A DNA stretch of 64,000 bases from Tubulanus polymorphus (taxonomy: Eukaryota > Animalia > Nemertea). The translations under genes and the position numbers were made by a program. Positions 29,372-40,370 of the stretch are shown here, one piece after another; position 1 is the first letter of the stretch; every line of letters starts with the position of its first letter. The stretch covers positions 12,364,850 to 12,428,849 of the forward strand of contig NC_134029.1 in the NCBI RefSeq assembly GCF_964204645.1, in the 5' to 3' direction. The notes under the pieces were generated by a model. The model ran no database searches and had not been told where the DNA came from. It saw nothing but the letters and a program-made list of their open reading frames with translations.

Positions 29372-30140
29372 GAAGAGATATCATAAAATAAATCACTGCA
29401 ATGGATTCTGTGAGACATTCTGAAGTTAGAACAATGATTTGTAATTCAGTAGATTGCGTCAATCACGAGAGGTGCGGATCTGCACTTTTACCCCCTAACC
29501 CTATCCCTAGGGGTAAAAACGGACCCTTAACCTCTATCCCTAAAACCTAACGCTTACCCTCTGAACCCTAACATAATGAAGTTATTTTTGATTGTTATAT
29601 ATTACTACTAGTACTATATCTTATTATATACGCTGTGGCTACTCGTACGGACCTGTACCGATTACTCTGGAGGCTATTCGTACGGGACTAGGATCTGTAC
29701 GCTAATAACTGTCACTGATTGGCCGATTAACGCTGCGCATGCGTACAAAGGTGCACGACTTAGAAAATTCAAGGAAAGTGTGGAGAATAGAGTTAGAGAA
29801 AAATAGCGGATAGAGCGAGACTCGAGCCCGGGCCAGTAAATTACTAGCGCAGCATCATACCACTAGACCACCGAGCTCGCTGACAGTCAGTCGAATGTTT
29901 TAACTACATATAGCCTCACCTTACCCTAACCCTATCCCTTCCCGTACACATAATTCCAGAGTTATCCGACGGGTGCGCACGAATAGCCTACGGAATTATT
30001 CGTACGGGTCCGTACGAGTAGCCACTTCGTATTATATATAGCCGTTCGTTGGTAAAATAGCGTTTACTAAAATAATGCCGCATTGGCAAAACATCGACTT
30101 CCTTCATTTTTTCAACAAAGCTTCCATCTTCTGGCCTTAC

Positions 30141-30302
30141 AGTGATATTAGCGTTTATGTCGAACTTCTCTCCTGTCTTCCCAATGAAACGACAGCATAT
30201 CTCGTCAACTGAAGCATTTATAATCTGGAATCTAGGGTGAGTTTTCGGAAATTTGTCTTCTAACAATTTAATATCTGTCTTTAACTGAGCAAGGCATGCC
30301 AT
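30141..30302 (-). CDS. UBE2Q: Ubiquitin-conjugating enzyme E2 Q, coding exon 1 (N-terminal RWD domain, 54 aa)
   Basis: MACLAQLKTDIKLLEDKFPKTHPRFQIINASVDEICCRFIGKTGEKFDINANIT matches the UBE2Q N-terminus. The exon ends at a GTAAGG donor (30140), phase 0. Confidence 0.88.
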
Positions 30303-30889
30303 GATGTGATATTTGGAGCATATTTGGGCCCAAACATGAATTGTAATGCTCTTCTCCGGCAGTGACTTCAGTACACAGCGATCCTGGAGTAGGCCTAGTG
30401 TGATGGGATGTAAATATAATGGCGTCTATTATGCGAATCCCACTAGCGTTGGGGTCTGACTATATCGTGATACTCACAACCACTTTTCTTTATTCCGTCG
30501 ATTCGGGTAGTTCAATTCCTGTTAGCATTTTATACTTTTCTAAATATATATGACTGGTTGCCTTTCCAATTCTAGGCTAGACTGGTTGCAGGTCTCTACC
30601 TTAAGTTAGAGACAGTCAGGCATCAGACCACAATTGATAGGTTAGAGCTCAAACCACTATTCCAATAACTTCTATATCCTATAGTAAAAACAAGAAATTC
30701 GAGAGTTTAGTTCATATATAAGCGCGTAAATTCAGGGAGGCCAGCTTCTTAGGCCAGCATCTTAGCTACGCGAAGTGGTTTTCCATTATGAGAATGCCGG
30801 TTTCTCTAGCGTATCTATTTAACACCCGTATTGCTAGGGTTAGTATTACTAAAAACGGGTGGCGCTGTATTAATGCTCACACATCGTGT

Positions 30890-33800
30890 ATGCCAGATTT
30901 TATAGAGCCAGATAATCAGATGATAGACGATCTCCCCACTATTGATTCACAGCTTTAATTTAGCTTAGACATTCCGACTGTAAGAAATAATCAGGACAAA
31001 AGAACGAATAACACTGGCTATCAGTTAATTGATTTCTGTAAGAATCATTCATTAATTATACTCAATGGCAGATGTGGCAGGGACCAGTCTGGTGATTATA
31101 CTTTTAAGGGAACTAGTGTTTTAGGCCTATTGATTACTTTATATGCGATATTGACCTGTTTGAATGTATTTGCGATTTTCAGATAATGCCTTTTGAACCT
31201 CTATTGTCTGATGGACATAACTCTTTTAGGCTTTGTTTAAGCAGAAATTCTAGGGACCCTATTATTGCCGATAATGCGAACAATGCGCAGGTAAATGGAA
31301 AGCCATCAATTAGATGGGACAATAGTAGATCGGATCAGTTTTTCGCGACGGTAGAATCAAGATTATATGACATTGGCCTCAATGATTCACTTATGGATGG
31401 ATTGCAGGACCTAGGTAGTCAATCTCTAAACAAAGTAAACGAACTCACTGATAGATTTGTATCTTCCCTGTTGTTAAGTGCCGAAAAATGTAACTTGGTG
31501 CTCGATAGGAAAAATAGAAGACGTAAAAGCCCGGTTCATAACAAGTGGTTCAATCATAGCTGTAGGGATGCGCGTAAAGATTATAATTATAGTAAAAACA
31601 GATATGAGGCTGCCCCACTCCTTCTAACTTTGATGCTTTCAAGAACTCGCGTCAAAGAAATCATCCGGGAAAGTAAGAGAAAACAGAAGGAAACCTTTAT
31701 TAAAGAACTACGAGATTGTGAAATCAATAATCCGAAAAAGTATTGGGCTATGCTTAATTATGCAACTTGTGCAAACACCAAGGACTCTAATATTGATATT
31801 GATATTTTTCTTGAACACTTTATGCAATTAAATGACTTAAATGGTGTACGCGGTAAACGAAGGGAACGATAATATTGAACAACAGAATGACGATCCTCCC
31901 CCCGGAAAAAATCCCACAACCATATTTTAAACTGCCACATCACAGCTGATGAAGTAACGAAAACTCTCATTGCTTTAGAACAATAAGGCACCTGGTATAG
32001 ATGGAATCACTAATGAGTTATCAAAATTTAGTCGGTATCCGTGCTTAGTTAATATATTACAAAACCTATCTAATTTAGTTCTTAAGACTGGACATGTTCC
32101 GGAGACGTGGTCTATAGGGATAATTAAACCTGTTTTTAAAAAGAAAGGCGATCCTACTAATCCTGATAATTATAGAGGTATAACACGAATGTAGGTAAAA
32201 ATACCCCCGGTAAATATACCCCCGGTAAAAATCCCACAAGGTAAAAATCCCCCCAGGTAAAAATCCCCCGGTAAAAGTCCCCCCTAGGTAAAAAATCCCC
32301 CCTTTTTACAACATTATTTAGGAATACATAAGTACATTAGATATCTTATTTTTACTTTTAAACCATAGTTTTTATAGAAAATTTCAAAATTATGATAGTG
32401 TCATTTTTGATGCATGTAGCTTGCATGTCGTATATGCTAAGTCACATAATAATGTCATTTTTATGCACATAGCTTGTTAAATGTCACAGATTATCCGAAA
32501 AAAAGGCCAAGGAAAATTTATGAGAACTACTGCCAATGTTAATAAAACATTAAGCTTTCAAGTTAATGACATCACATATTTTTCATGGGGCTTGAAACAA
32601 TTAAAATCGGTATTAATGAGTTCAGAAATGTGATGAACTTACATTTCATTTCATTGCATACCATGAATAAGTATTTTGTCTCTACACTTATTATTCTTTA
32701 TTAAACGTTTGGTAACCGTATTTAATGGATGGAATTACTATACTAGAGTTAAATAAAGCAATAAAGTGCAATAAAATTTCGAATCTATATTTTTTTAAAC
32801 ATAATAGCTGTTGAAAATTTTAGTGAAATCAATTAGGCCTATGGGGGGATTTTTACCAGGGGGGATTTTTACCTAGGGGGGATTTTTACCGGGGGGATTA
32901 TTACCTAGGGGGGATATTTACCGGGGGGATTTTTACCGGGGGGATATTTACCGGGGGGATTTTTACCTGTTACCGTATAACACTAGTTAGCTGTCTTGGT
33001 AAATTATTCACAAGTATCCCTAACTAAAGGTGAAAGGTGAAAATTTATGACCTATCCTATTTTCCTTATTCTTAAACGATATAGAAGACTTTTTTGCTAC
33101 GTGCGGTAAACCAACTTTGTCGTATATTGAAAAGCTTAATGTGAATTGTGACCCAGAACTAGGGACTTTACTTAACTTACTCATTATCCTTATGCGGTCC
33201 CTTTATGCGGATGACACAGTCATTCTTGCTGAAGATGAGAAATCTCTCACATTTAGATACATTATTTGAATATTGCGCCGACAACGGCCTCACGGTGAAT
33301 GTTGATAAAACTAAAATATTAGTCTTCGCTCGAAGTAAAAGTAGGATTAAACGAATTTCGAAATTCATTTTCGGTAATCAGAAGTTAGAGATAGTTGAGG
33401 ATTATGTGTATCTCAATTGGAAATTCTCAGTGAAATTCAATTGGAACGGTAGTTTCGCTATAGCAAAAAAATTTCTCTATGATAAAGCTATGAAAGCTAT
33501 GTATTCTATTATTCAAAAGGGCATACGTCTGAAACTTCCAGTAGATTTAATGTTTAAACTATTTGACATGTGTTTCGCTCCTATCGCGTTGTACGGTTGC
33601 GAAATCTGGGGATATGAAAACCTTGACTCATTAGAAAACCTCCACTGTTTATTTTGTAAAATTATCATGAAAGTTACTAGATATTCCCATAACCTTCAAG
33701 TATTAGGAGTTAGGACGTTATCCTATGTATGTAAGCGTAAAGCGTAGAATGATTAATTTTTGGGTCAAAACGATTGAGTGCAAACAAAGTAAACTTAGTT

Positions 33801-34300
33801 CAATTCTCTATAAGATATCATATAATTTAGCTGAATGATAGGTTTAAGAGCCCCTGGCTGTTATTTATTAAGAAGACTTTTGATGACTGTGGCCTTTCGT
33901 ATATCTAGGCACAACAATCTATGGTAAACTCTAGGACTTCTCCAAAACAATAACACCGTATACTCCGTGATCAGCATGTGCAAGAGACAGAATTTAGGCT
34001 AAATAATAACCCGTTATACATTAATTCTAGACAATATTAGAAATTTGAAAACTATATAAATCGGCTTGATGACGACTTAGTGACCAGTTTATTCCAGTTC
34101 AGGATTGGGTCTTATCTCTTACCTGTAAATAAATGTCAAATCTCCATCTACCGAGAACCGATAGATTATGTCCCACCTGTAACGTTTTAGGCGACGAACT
34201 ACATTTCATTTTTGACTGTAAATTACTTACCGTATTCCGTGAAAGCTACCTAAATTCAAATACCTTTCGGAATCTTGATGTTTTAAAAAATCCAACTTTA
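30890..34300 (+). mobile_element. Decayed RTEX-like non-LTR retrotransposon (APE-RT-CCHC)
   Basis: APE end GYQLIDFCKNHSLIILNGR; RT motifs PDNYRGITLVSCLGKLF, YADD, LTVNVDKTK and LYGCEIWG; C-terminal RLCPTCNVLGDELHFIFDC. Frameshifts and an internal deletion are present. Confidence 0.85.
32187..32974. mobile_element. MULE-like MITE (788 bp) with subterminal tandem repeats, inserted in the LINE RT
   Basis: 9-bp TSD GTATAACAC (32178-32186, 32975-32983). Arrays of GGTAAAAATCCCCC units are inverted at the two ends. Removing it restores NYRGITLVS. Confidence 0.85.
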
Positions 34301-37300
34301 AGGGATATAGTAGTTCAGTGAGAGTTCAAACTTATGGGTAATTTTGAGTGATCACAACGCTGACCAATAGAGAAACCTGTATCACAACAAAAGTGCGACT
34401 TATCTTATTGAAAAATACCGGAGAGTCAATGGGAGAACCCTGAATTCGAAACAATTCCACACTGGAATCGTCTACTTTGAAAACACAATTTGGAATTTGT
34501 GGACATGCATTATTTCTGCACCAAAAGCATGAAGTATATTATCCTTGCTTGTAAAAATTTGAAATTTTGAGGAAGATTTTTGGCCTCGTTAACCTGTGAA
34601 CATACAGTCCTTCATACATTTTCTAAGACCGACCCTTGAAATAATGCTGAGAGTTTAGAGGAAAATTATGGTAGAATGTAAACTTAGGCCGCTTCGTATC
34701 CGTGGAAGGTTGCTAATTATTGATTTTATGCACAATAATCATAAGTACCATAGGATCCATAGAATATCGTTTATCAATCATACGTTCACAAACTATCGCG
34801 ATATAAAGATAAATAGTACTTAATATACTTTTTACTTCTCATACGGTATATTTCTTTAGTAGTATAAATAAAGAGTGGATCAGCAGGCCACCTGAGACCA
34901 TTCCACGATCTAGGTCAGTTGCCAAATGTTAGTAAGTTTACTTACCAGTGGATAGTTAAAACAACTTTGTATATGGACAATAGTCACACTCAAATGCGGA
35001 GAATTGATAATACGATAATACGATACGATCACTGTGTACAAATTCAAAAAGATGATCTCTAGTGAGAGATCGAACGTTAAGTCGTTATTTTCTAATGGTG
35101 AAACTTGGTTTGAAATTTGAAATGTGCACATAGTGGATCTTCTTCATATTAACAGTGTATTTGGTCATGTATCATATTGTATAATGGTTAACTTAAACTA
35201 ACTGGTCCCAGAGTTGTATCCTTAATTCCTGTAATAGAGGATGCAATCTTTTTGCGACTAACAGTACAAATAGCTAGAAAAAGCAACGATAGTGCATTGG
35301 CAAACTAAAAGCAAGCGTACATTGGTTGTTTAAGTTTTTCTTTGGGAAAATTAATGTTTAATCATTATTGAAATATCCGAGGCGAGCTTTTCCAGGAATT
35401 TATGAAGTTGAGCTTACAAATATTTTACCACAATTTTTTATGATTAGTAAAAAGATTAAGTAATAGACATACATGCAAACAGTAATATCTGAAGTCCACT
35501 CCATTTCAAACTCATTCATCTTTACACAAACTCCAACTTGTTGAACAGTTCAAAATCGCGTGGCTTGAATTATTACGATAACTAAAATCAGGGACCACGA
35601 TACTTGCTCATCTACACTGGCTACCAATTTAACAAAGGATTGAATTTGAGTGTTTGATGTTGTAACAAAAGGCCTACCATACTGAATGATAGATTCAGTT
35701 TCTACTTTTTGATTGAACATTTATATCACATATTGGGTCATTTTTACTGGTATATATGGAAGAACCTATCCATATATCATGTTTAATTTTATATAATCTG
35801 ACTTTTGAGATGTCATTCAACCAATGCATTCATATGCGGCCGTCACGTTCAATCGCCACCACGGACTGGCTCCTTATTAGGCCCATCTCCTTGGCGATAC
35901 CTTGGCGGACGATCCCACACGTTTCTTGCACCAGCCCTAGAATCAGTGAAATTGGCGCTTTTCAGTTGTATTCATCATTCAAATCCACAATTCTCCTATC
36001 CTAAAAATGTGGAGACCCATCCTCGTATGAGAATGAATATAATATAGGCTCTGTTGCGTTCATATCATTTGATATGAGGCTCCGTGTCATCTTTAATTGA
36101 AATCTTGTGATTTCAATTAAAGATGACACGATGCCCTATATTATTACGTTATGTTTTTTAACGGGTGGGTGAGAATATATTCTTATGATTTTGTTGCTCT
36201 GAATGTTGCTATTTAAGAGTTCAATCATTTCAGTCTACCAAACAAAGGATTTTTCTGTATGTTTCGTGTCCTGTTTTTCCATAACCCTAGGACTGCATTT
36301 TAGGTATTTTTCGCGGATGACCGAAAGCTGCTGTCCCTTTCTAGTAATTTGACATATCTCCTTGTTTGACTAAGTATGAACTCAACTTTGAGGGACACTC
36401 CCTTAAAAGGCACCGAAATAAAACATGTGTTGAGTGGAGATGATATTGTGTCAGAATTTCTTCAAAAGCGGAGGAACTTGAATATTTTGAAAATAATGAT
36501 CTTACATTTATGTTTAAATCCGTTATAACTGGAGCAATTTTCATAAAAACATATCTATGGAATCAGCGAAATGTAATTAAGAAGAATACTATGTTTAAGA
36601 TGTTATCAAATACATTTGAAAAAAGTTTTCTGAATTCGTCAACTGTGAAACTAGTGTCAACCAGATGTGTTCCCATTAAACAACCGACCGCGAGCCGAGT
36701 CGATGTGAGATGAAAATCTCAAGCGCTACCACCGGTTTTTAGGTGCCTCTGAATAACGGCCGTTAAAAAACTGAACAATTGCCACTTGGAAAGGGCCTAG
36801 TGAGAGAAAATGCTAGATGTGTATATCGTGTGATACAGGCTCCATATTTCATGTGCGTTTGGAATTTAACCTTGTTTATAACGAAACACACATGTTTTTT
36901 TTCTACTTAGATTTAAAAAGAGCGCATGATAGTGCAATAAAGAACTGACAACGAAAAAGGGGTAACAGGTGACTGATATCACACCGAATTTCAATTCCTC
37001 TATGAACACTTTTCATATAGTGAATTCAATACATGAGTAAAAAAACTTGAAATATTAACGAAACAGTTTTTTGACGGACAAATCGTTACCATCGAATTTT
37101 CAAAACTTTTTTAATGCCTTGGTGACCACTGGTCTAGTACGCGGTTTTCTGAAACAAAAGTGACCAAGTCTAAAGAACAACTATTGTAACAAATCATTTC
37201 AAATATTAGGAGCCTAATGCGTTTAATGCTTTAATTAATTGGTATCGCGCTGATTGGTTGAAAGATGGGTAGTAGGGAATATGTTTGTTCAGGCCAGAGG

Positions 37301-37529
37301 TCGAGAGGTCGAGCTCACTCAACCTCTCTCCCTCTGACCTGAACAAACATATTCCTTATTACTCTATCCAATCACAAGTCTCCTAATTTACAAGTCTCAA
37401 CACGCTGGGGATTCCCCATTACTGTTGAGTAGTATAAATAAGCGGGTATTTCTGCTATACTCATAGGTGGCGGGGACGCGTTGAGCGGTAAGTGTTATTT
37501 TCAATTTTAATAAAAAATTTGATATTTAA

Positions 37530-37883
37530 ATGGAGAGTAAACAAGTACACAGTGAGAACAACAAATCATTTCTAGATAGAATAAAAGATACTACAAATGT
37601 AAAATCTGTAGATTATAAATTTAAGAATTTAAATGAACTAACAATTCATAAGAAATATTTAATTACAAATATTAAAGCAGTTACTAATAGATATAGTGAT
37701 AAATTAGTAATTCACTTAGAATATGAAGGATTAAGAGGAAATAAATATAAATTCAGAACATATTTACCAGATAGATTTCATAGATTATCAAGTGAAGATC
37801 TAGAAGAATTATGTTCTGGTGATTTCTATTTCATTTATAAAGGTAAGAATGAAAAAGGGCACAATGAAATAGATTTCGAATAA
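37530..37883 (+). CDS. Maverick small conserved protein (paralogue of 44124-44486), function unknown
   Basis: Intact 117-aa ORF with a TAAATG start. Highly similar to the inner-copy gene. Confidence 0.75.
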   Translation: MESKQVHSENNKSFLDRIKDTTNVKSVDYKFKNLNELTIHKKYLITNIKAVTNRYSDKLVIHLEYEGLRGNKYKFRTYLPDRFHRLSSEDLEELCSGDFYFIYKGKNEKGHNEIDFE

Positions 37884-37897
37884 AATATGTAAAATAA

Positions 37898-38656
37898 ATG
37901 GTAAAATTAAGAGAATATAGAATATTTGTTGATTCAAGAAGACTTACAAATTATAAATCTCATAATTTATTGATACAACTAGATAGAGAATTTAAGAATT
38001 GTGTAGATTTAAAATTAGTAAATGTAAGTTTATGTAATTCTTTTTATAATGTATCGAATAAAACTCTTGAACATAGAGCCTTTTTAATTTCTAATAAAAG
38101 TAAAAATAAATGGTATCATCTATCCCTAAAACCAGGGTTATATAATTTAGATACATTGTCACAAGAAATTAATAGAAAAGCCTGGCACAAATTAGGTAGT
38201 GATTCTGGGTTTGGCATTATATTTTTAAAAAGTGAGAGTTTTGATAAAATAAAGATAAGGTTAGCTCATGGTGAAAAACATCAATTTTTAGTTAAAAAAC
38301 CTATGGCTAAACTGTTAGGAATTACACCAGATAAACTTGATTCAAATATTGATGCTACACCAAACTTAATACCGTACACACATTTTTATATTTATTGCAA
38401 TTTAATTGATACTACAAAAACATTCGAAGCAACTAAAGATACAATTTGTAATTCTAGTATATTGAATATTTTACCATTGAAGAACGTTAAAGAATTTGGA
38501 ATGCAAATAAATTATAATTTAACAGAATGTGATTTTAAGCCTTGTATTCCACATTTCAATAATTTTAAATTAGAAATTAGAAATCACAATGGATACTTAA
38601 CTGATTTGAATAAATTTCCTGTAATTTATGAATTAGTTATAAGATGTAAAGAATAA
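37898..38656 (+). CDS. Minor capsid protein (penton, single jelly-roll), intact
   Basis: Motif order IFVDS..., PGLY, LLG, FYIYCNLI, ILNILP, LEIRNHNG..DLN..PV..EL fits Polinton/PLV pentons. Confidence 0.75.
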   Translation: MVKLREYRIFVDSRRLTNYKSHNLLIQLDREFKNCVDLKLVNVSLCNSFYNVSNKTLEHRAFLISNKSKNKWYHLSLKPGLYNLDTLSQEINRKAWHKLGSDSGFGIIFLKSESFDKIKIRLAHGEKHQFLVKKPMAKLLGITPDKLDSNIDATPNLIPYTHFYIYCNLIDTTKTFEATKDTICNSSILNILPLKNVKEFGMQINYNLTECDFKPCIPHFNNFKLEIRNHNGYLTDLNKFPVIYELVIRCKE

Positions 38657-38672
38657 TTTTTTCACTATATAA

Positions 38673-40113
38673 ATGAATATAACTGTTGGACCGAGTATAT
38701 GTTTTGGGTTTGATTTTAAAAATGGTAAAGAAATGAGGATTAAATTAAATTATGTAATTACTGATATAAAAAGTAAGTCATTTAATAATGCATCAATGAT
38801 TAATAAAGAAAATTATGATATAGAAAAAGTAATTGATTTAATTAAATCATCTTTAGAATATTATGAATTAAATGAAGATGGAATTATCGATGATATGAAA
38901 AACATATTATCTAAAATATATGATAATCATAAAAGTAGTAATAAAATAAATGTTGAAATAATTATAACAAAAATAAAAAAAATATTTTGATGATAGTATT
39001 TCCGTTGATAAATAAATGGCGGATCAGAAGTGGATAACCACTGGTTTATATAATGGAGCATTACTATCAGTTGGAACTGTTGGATATACAATGGTATTAA
39101 AAAAGTATTTAGAGTGAGAAGTATTAACGTTGATAGATTTGATATTAATGATATTTTAAAATTAACATTAGCAGTTACTTTATCTAATTTAACAATTGAT
39201 TATTTAGAAAAACAAAAATATATTCCTCCTATATAAATGCGTAATTTTTCTGCAATTATAACTATTATAGGATCAGCAATTGTTAACGCTTTAGAATTTA
39301 CAGGTGGTGGTTATTTATTTAAGCATATTGATAAAAATAGTTCAATAGCAGAACAAAGAAGACATAACTTAGCGTTAGAAAAATACAATAAAGCTGCAGA
39401 ATAATACAGAGAAAAGAGACAAAACTATATGGATTATATCAATAAAGAATTACATAATCAGAAAGTTACACATAGAGATTTTCAATCAGTTGATGAAGCT
39501 TTGAGTTTATATAATGCAGTAACAAATAAAGAAAAATTACATCTATACAAACCTAAATTATCAGATTATTATACACCAAGTAAAGAACAACAAAAATATG
39601 AAATAATTTGGATTTTAGGTGGAACAGTTATTGTATTATTTGTAGCATATAAATTTACTAAATAGTAATTTTTTTGCTACATAAATGGGTGATAAAGTTG
39701 ATAATAATGATATTATTCCTCATGATATTAATGAAATTAAATCAAAATTATATTTTGAAAAACAAATATTAGAAAATGATTTAAAAGTTAAAAAAAAAAA
39801 ATATTTAAAACGTAAAATTATATATTATTTTATTATAAGTGGTTCAGTAACAATTAGTTTTGTAATAACATTTCTAGCAATATTCAGTCCATTAACACCT
39901 TTAGCTATATCAATTGGTGTGCTAGGATTATCATCAAGTGTTTTAACCGGAATAAGTTCAAAATTAAATATAAAAGGTAATAAAGAAAAAATAAAATCTA
40001 ATATAAAAGAAATTAATAAATTAAAAAATACATACGATTATATTATAAGTTTAAATGGTAATATAACAATTCAAGAGCAGGATAAATTATTAAAAGAATT
40101 AATAAATTATTAA
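38673..40113 (+). pseudogene. Four small outer-copy genes (38673-38990, 39016-39236, 39237-39665, 39685-40113), some frameshifted or stopped
   Basis: Paralogues, in the same order, of 45266, 45622, 45868 and 46332. Confidence 0.75.
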
Positions 40114-40161
40114 TTTTTTTATTATATAAATGGCAATTAGTTTTCCAAAAGCTTTTCAATA

Positions 40162-40370
40162 AGTAATAGGGGTAATGGGCTTTCAGGCCAAAGGTCGAAG
40201 GGTCGAGCTCGTAAAAAAATGAAAATAACAATAATTTCCAGTTGAATTAGTCGCGCACACTCCTAATTCAACTGGAAATTATTGTTATTTTCATTTTTTA
40301 CTCACTCGCCCCTTCAACCTTTAGCCTGAAAGCCCATTACCCCTATTACTCTTAAAATATTCATATACAT
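40162..40370 (+). repeat. Left TIR (209 bp) containing a 189-bp hairpin
   Basis: Reverse complement of 61103-61310, with a single 1-nt indel seen. Confidence 0.95.

Noticed and set aside
29490-29575. Telomeric repeat (CCCTAA-like)
   Set aside because: A few degenerate units within a dispersed repeat also seen near 1490 and 28000; not a telomere array.
29808-29878. tRNA gene on the minus strand
   Set aside because: A- and B-box-like motifs are present but I could not build a convincing cloverleaf. It is probably a tRNA-derived repeat fragment, as near 17720 and 41985.
29988-30140. C-terminal half of the 104-aa ORF 29988-30302
   Set aside because: It is read-through past the splice donor into intron 1.
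37530-40161. Tandem segmental duplication or assembly artefact
   Set aside because: The copies are clearly diverged, and the TSD and split gene show nested insertion.
40162-40350. The two hairpins as independent MITE insertions
   Set aside because: Neither has its own TSD. The only duplication flanks the outer ends of the pair, and inverted identity extends 20 bp beyond the palindrome.
40162-40370. Poxvirus concatemer-resolution sequence (T6-N7-9-YAAAW) in the hairpin
   Set aside because: The T-run in the arm is not followed by a correctly spaced TAAAT.
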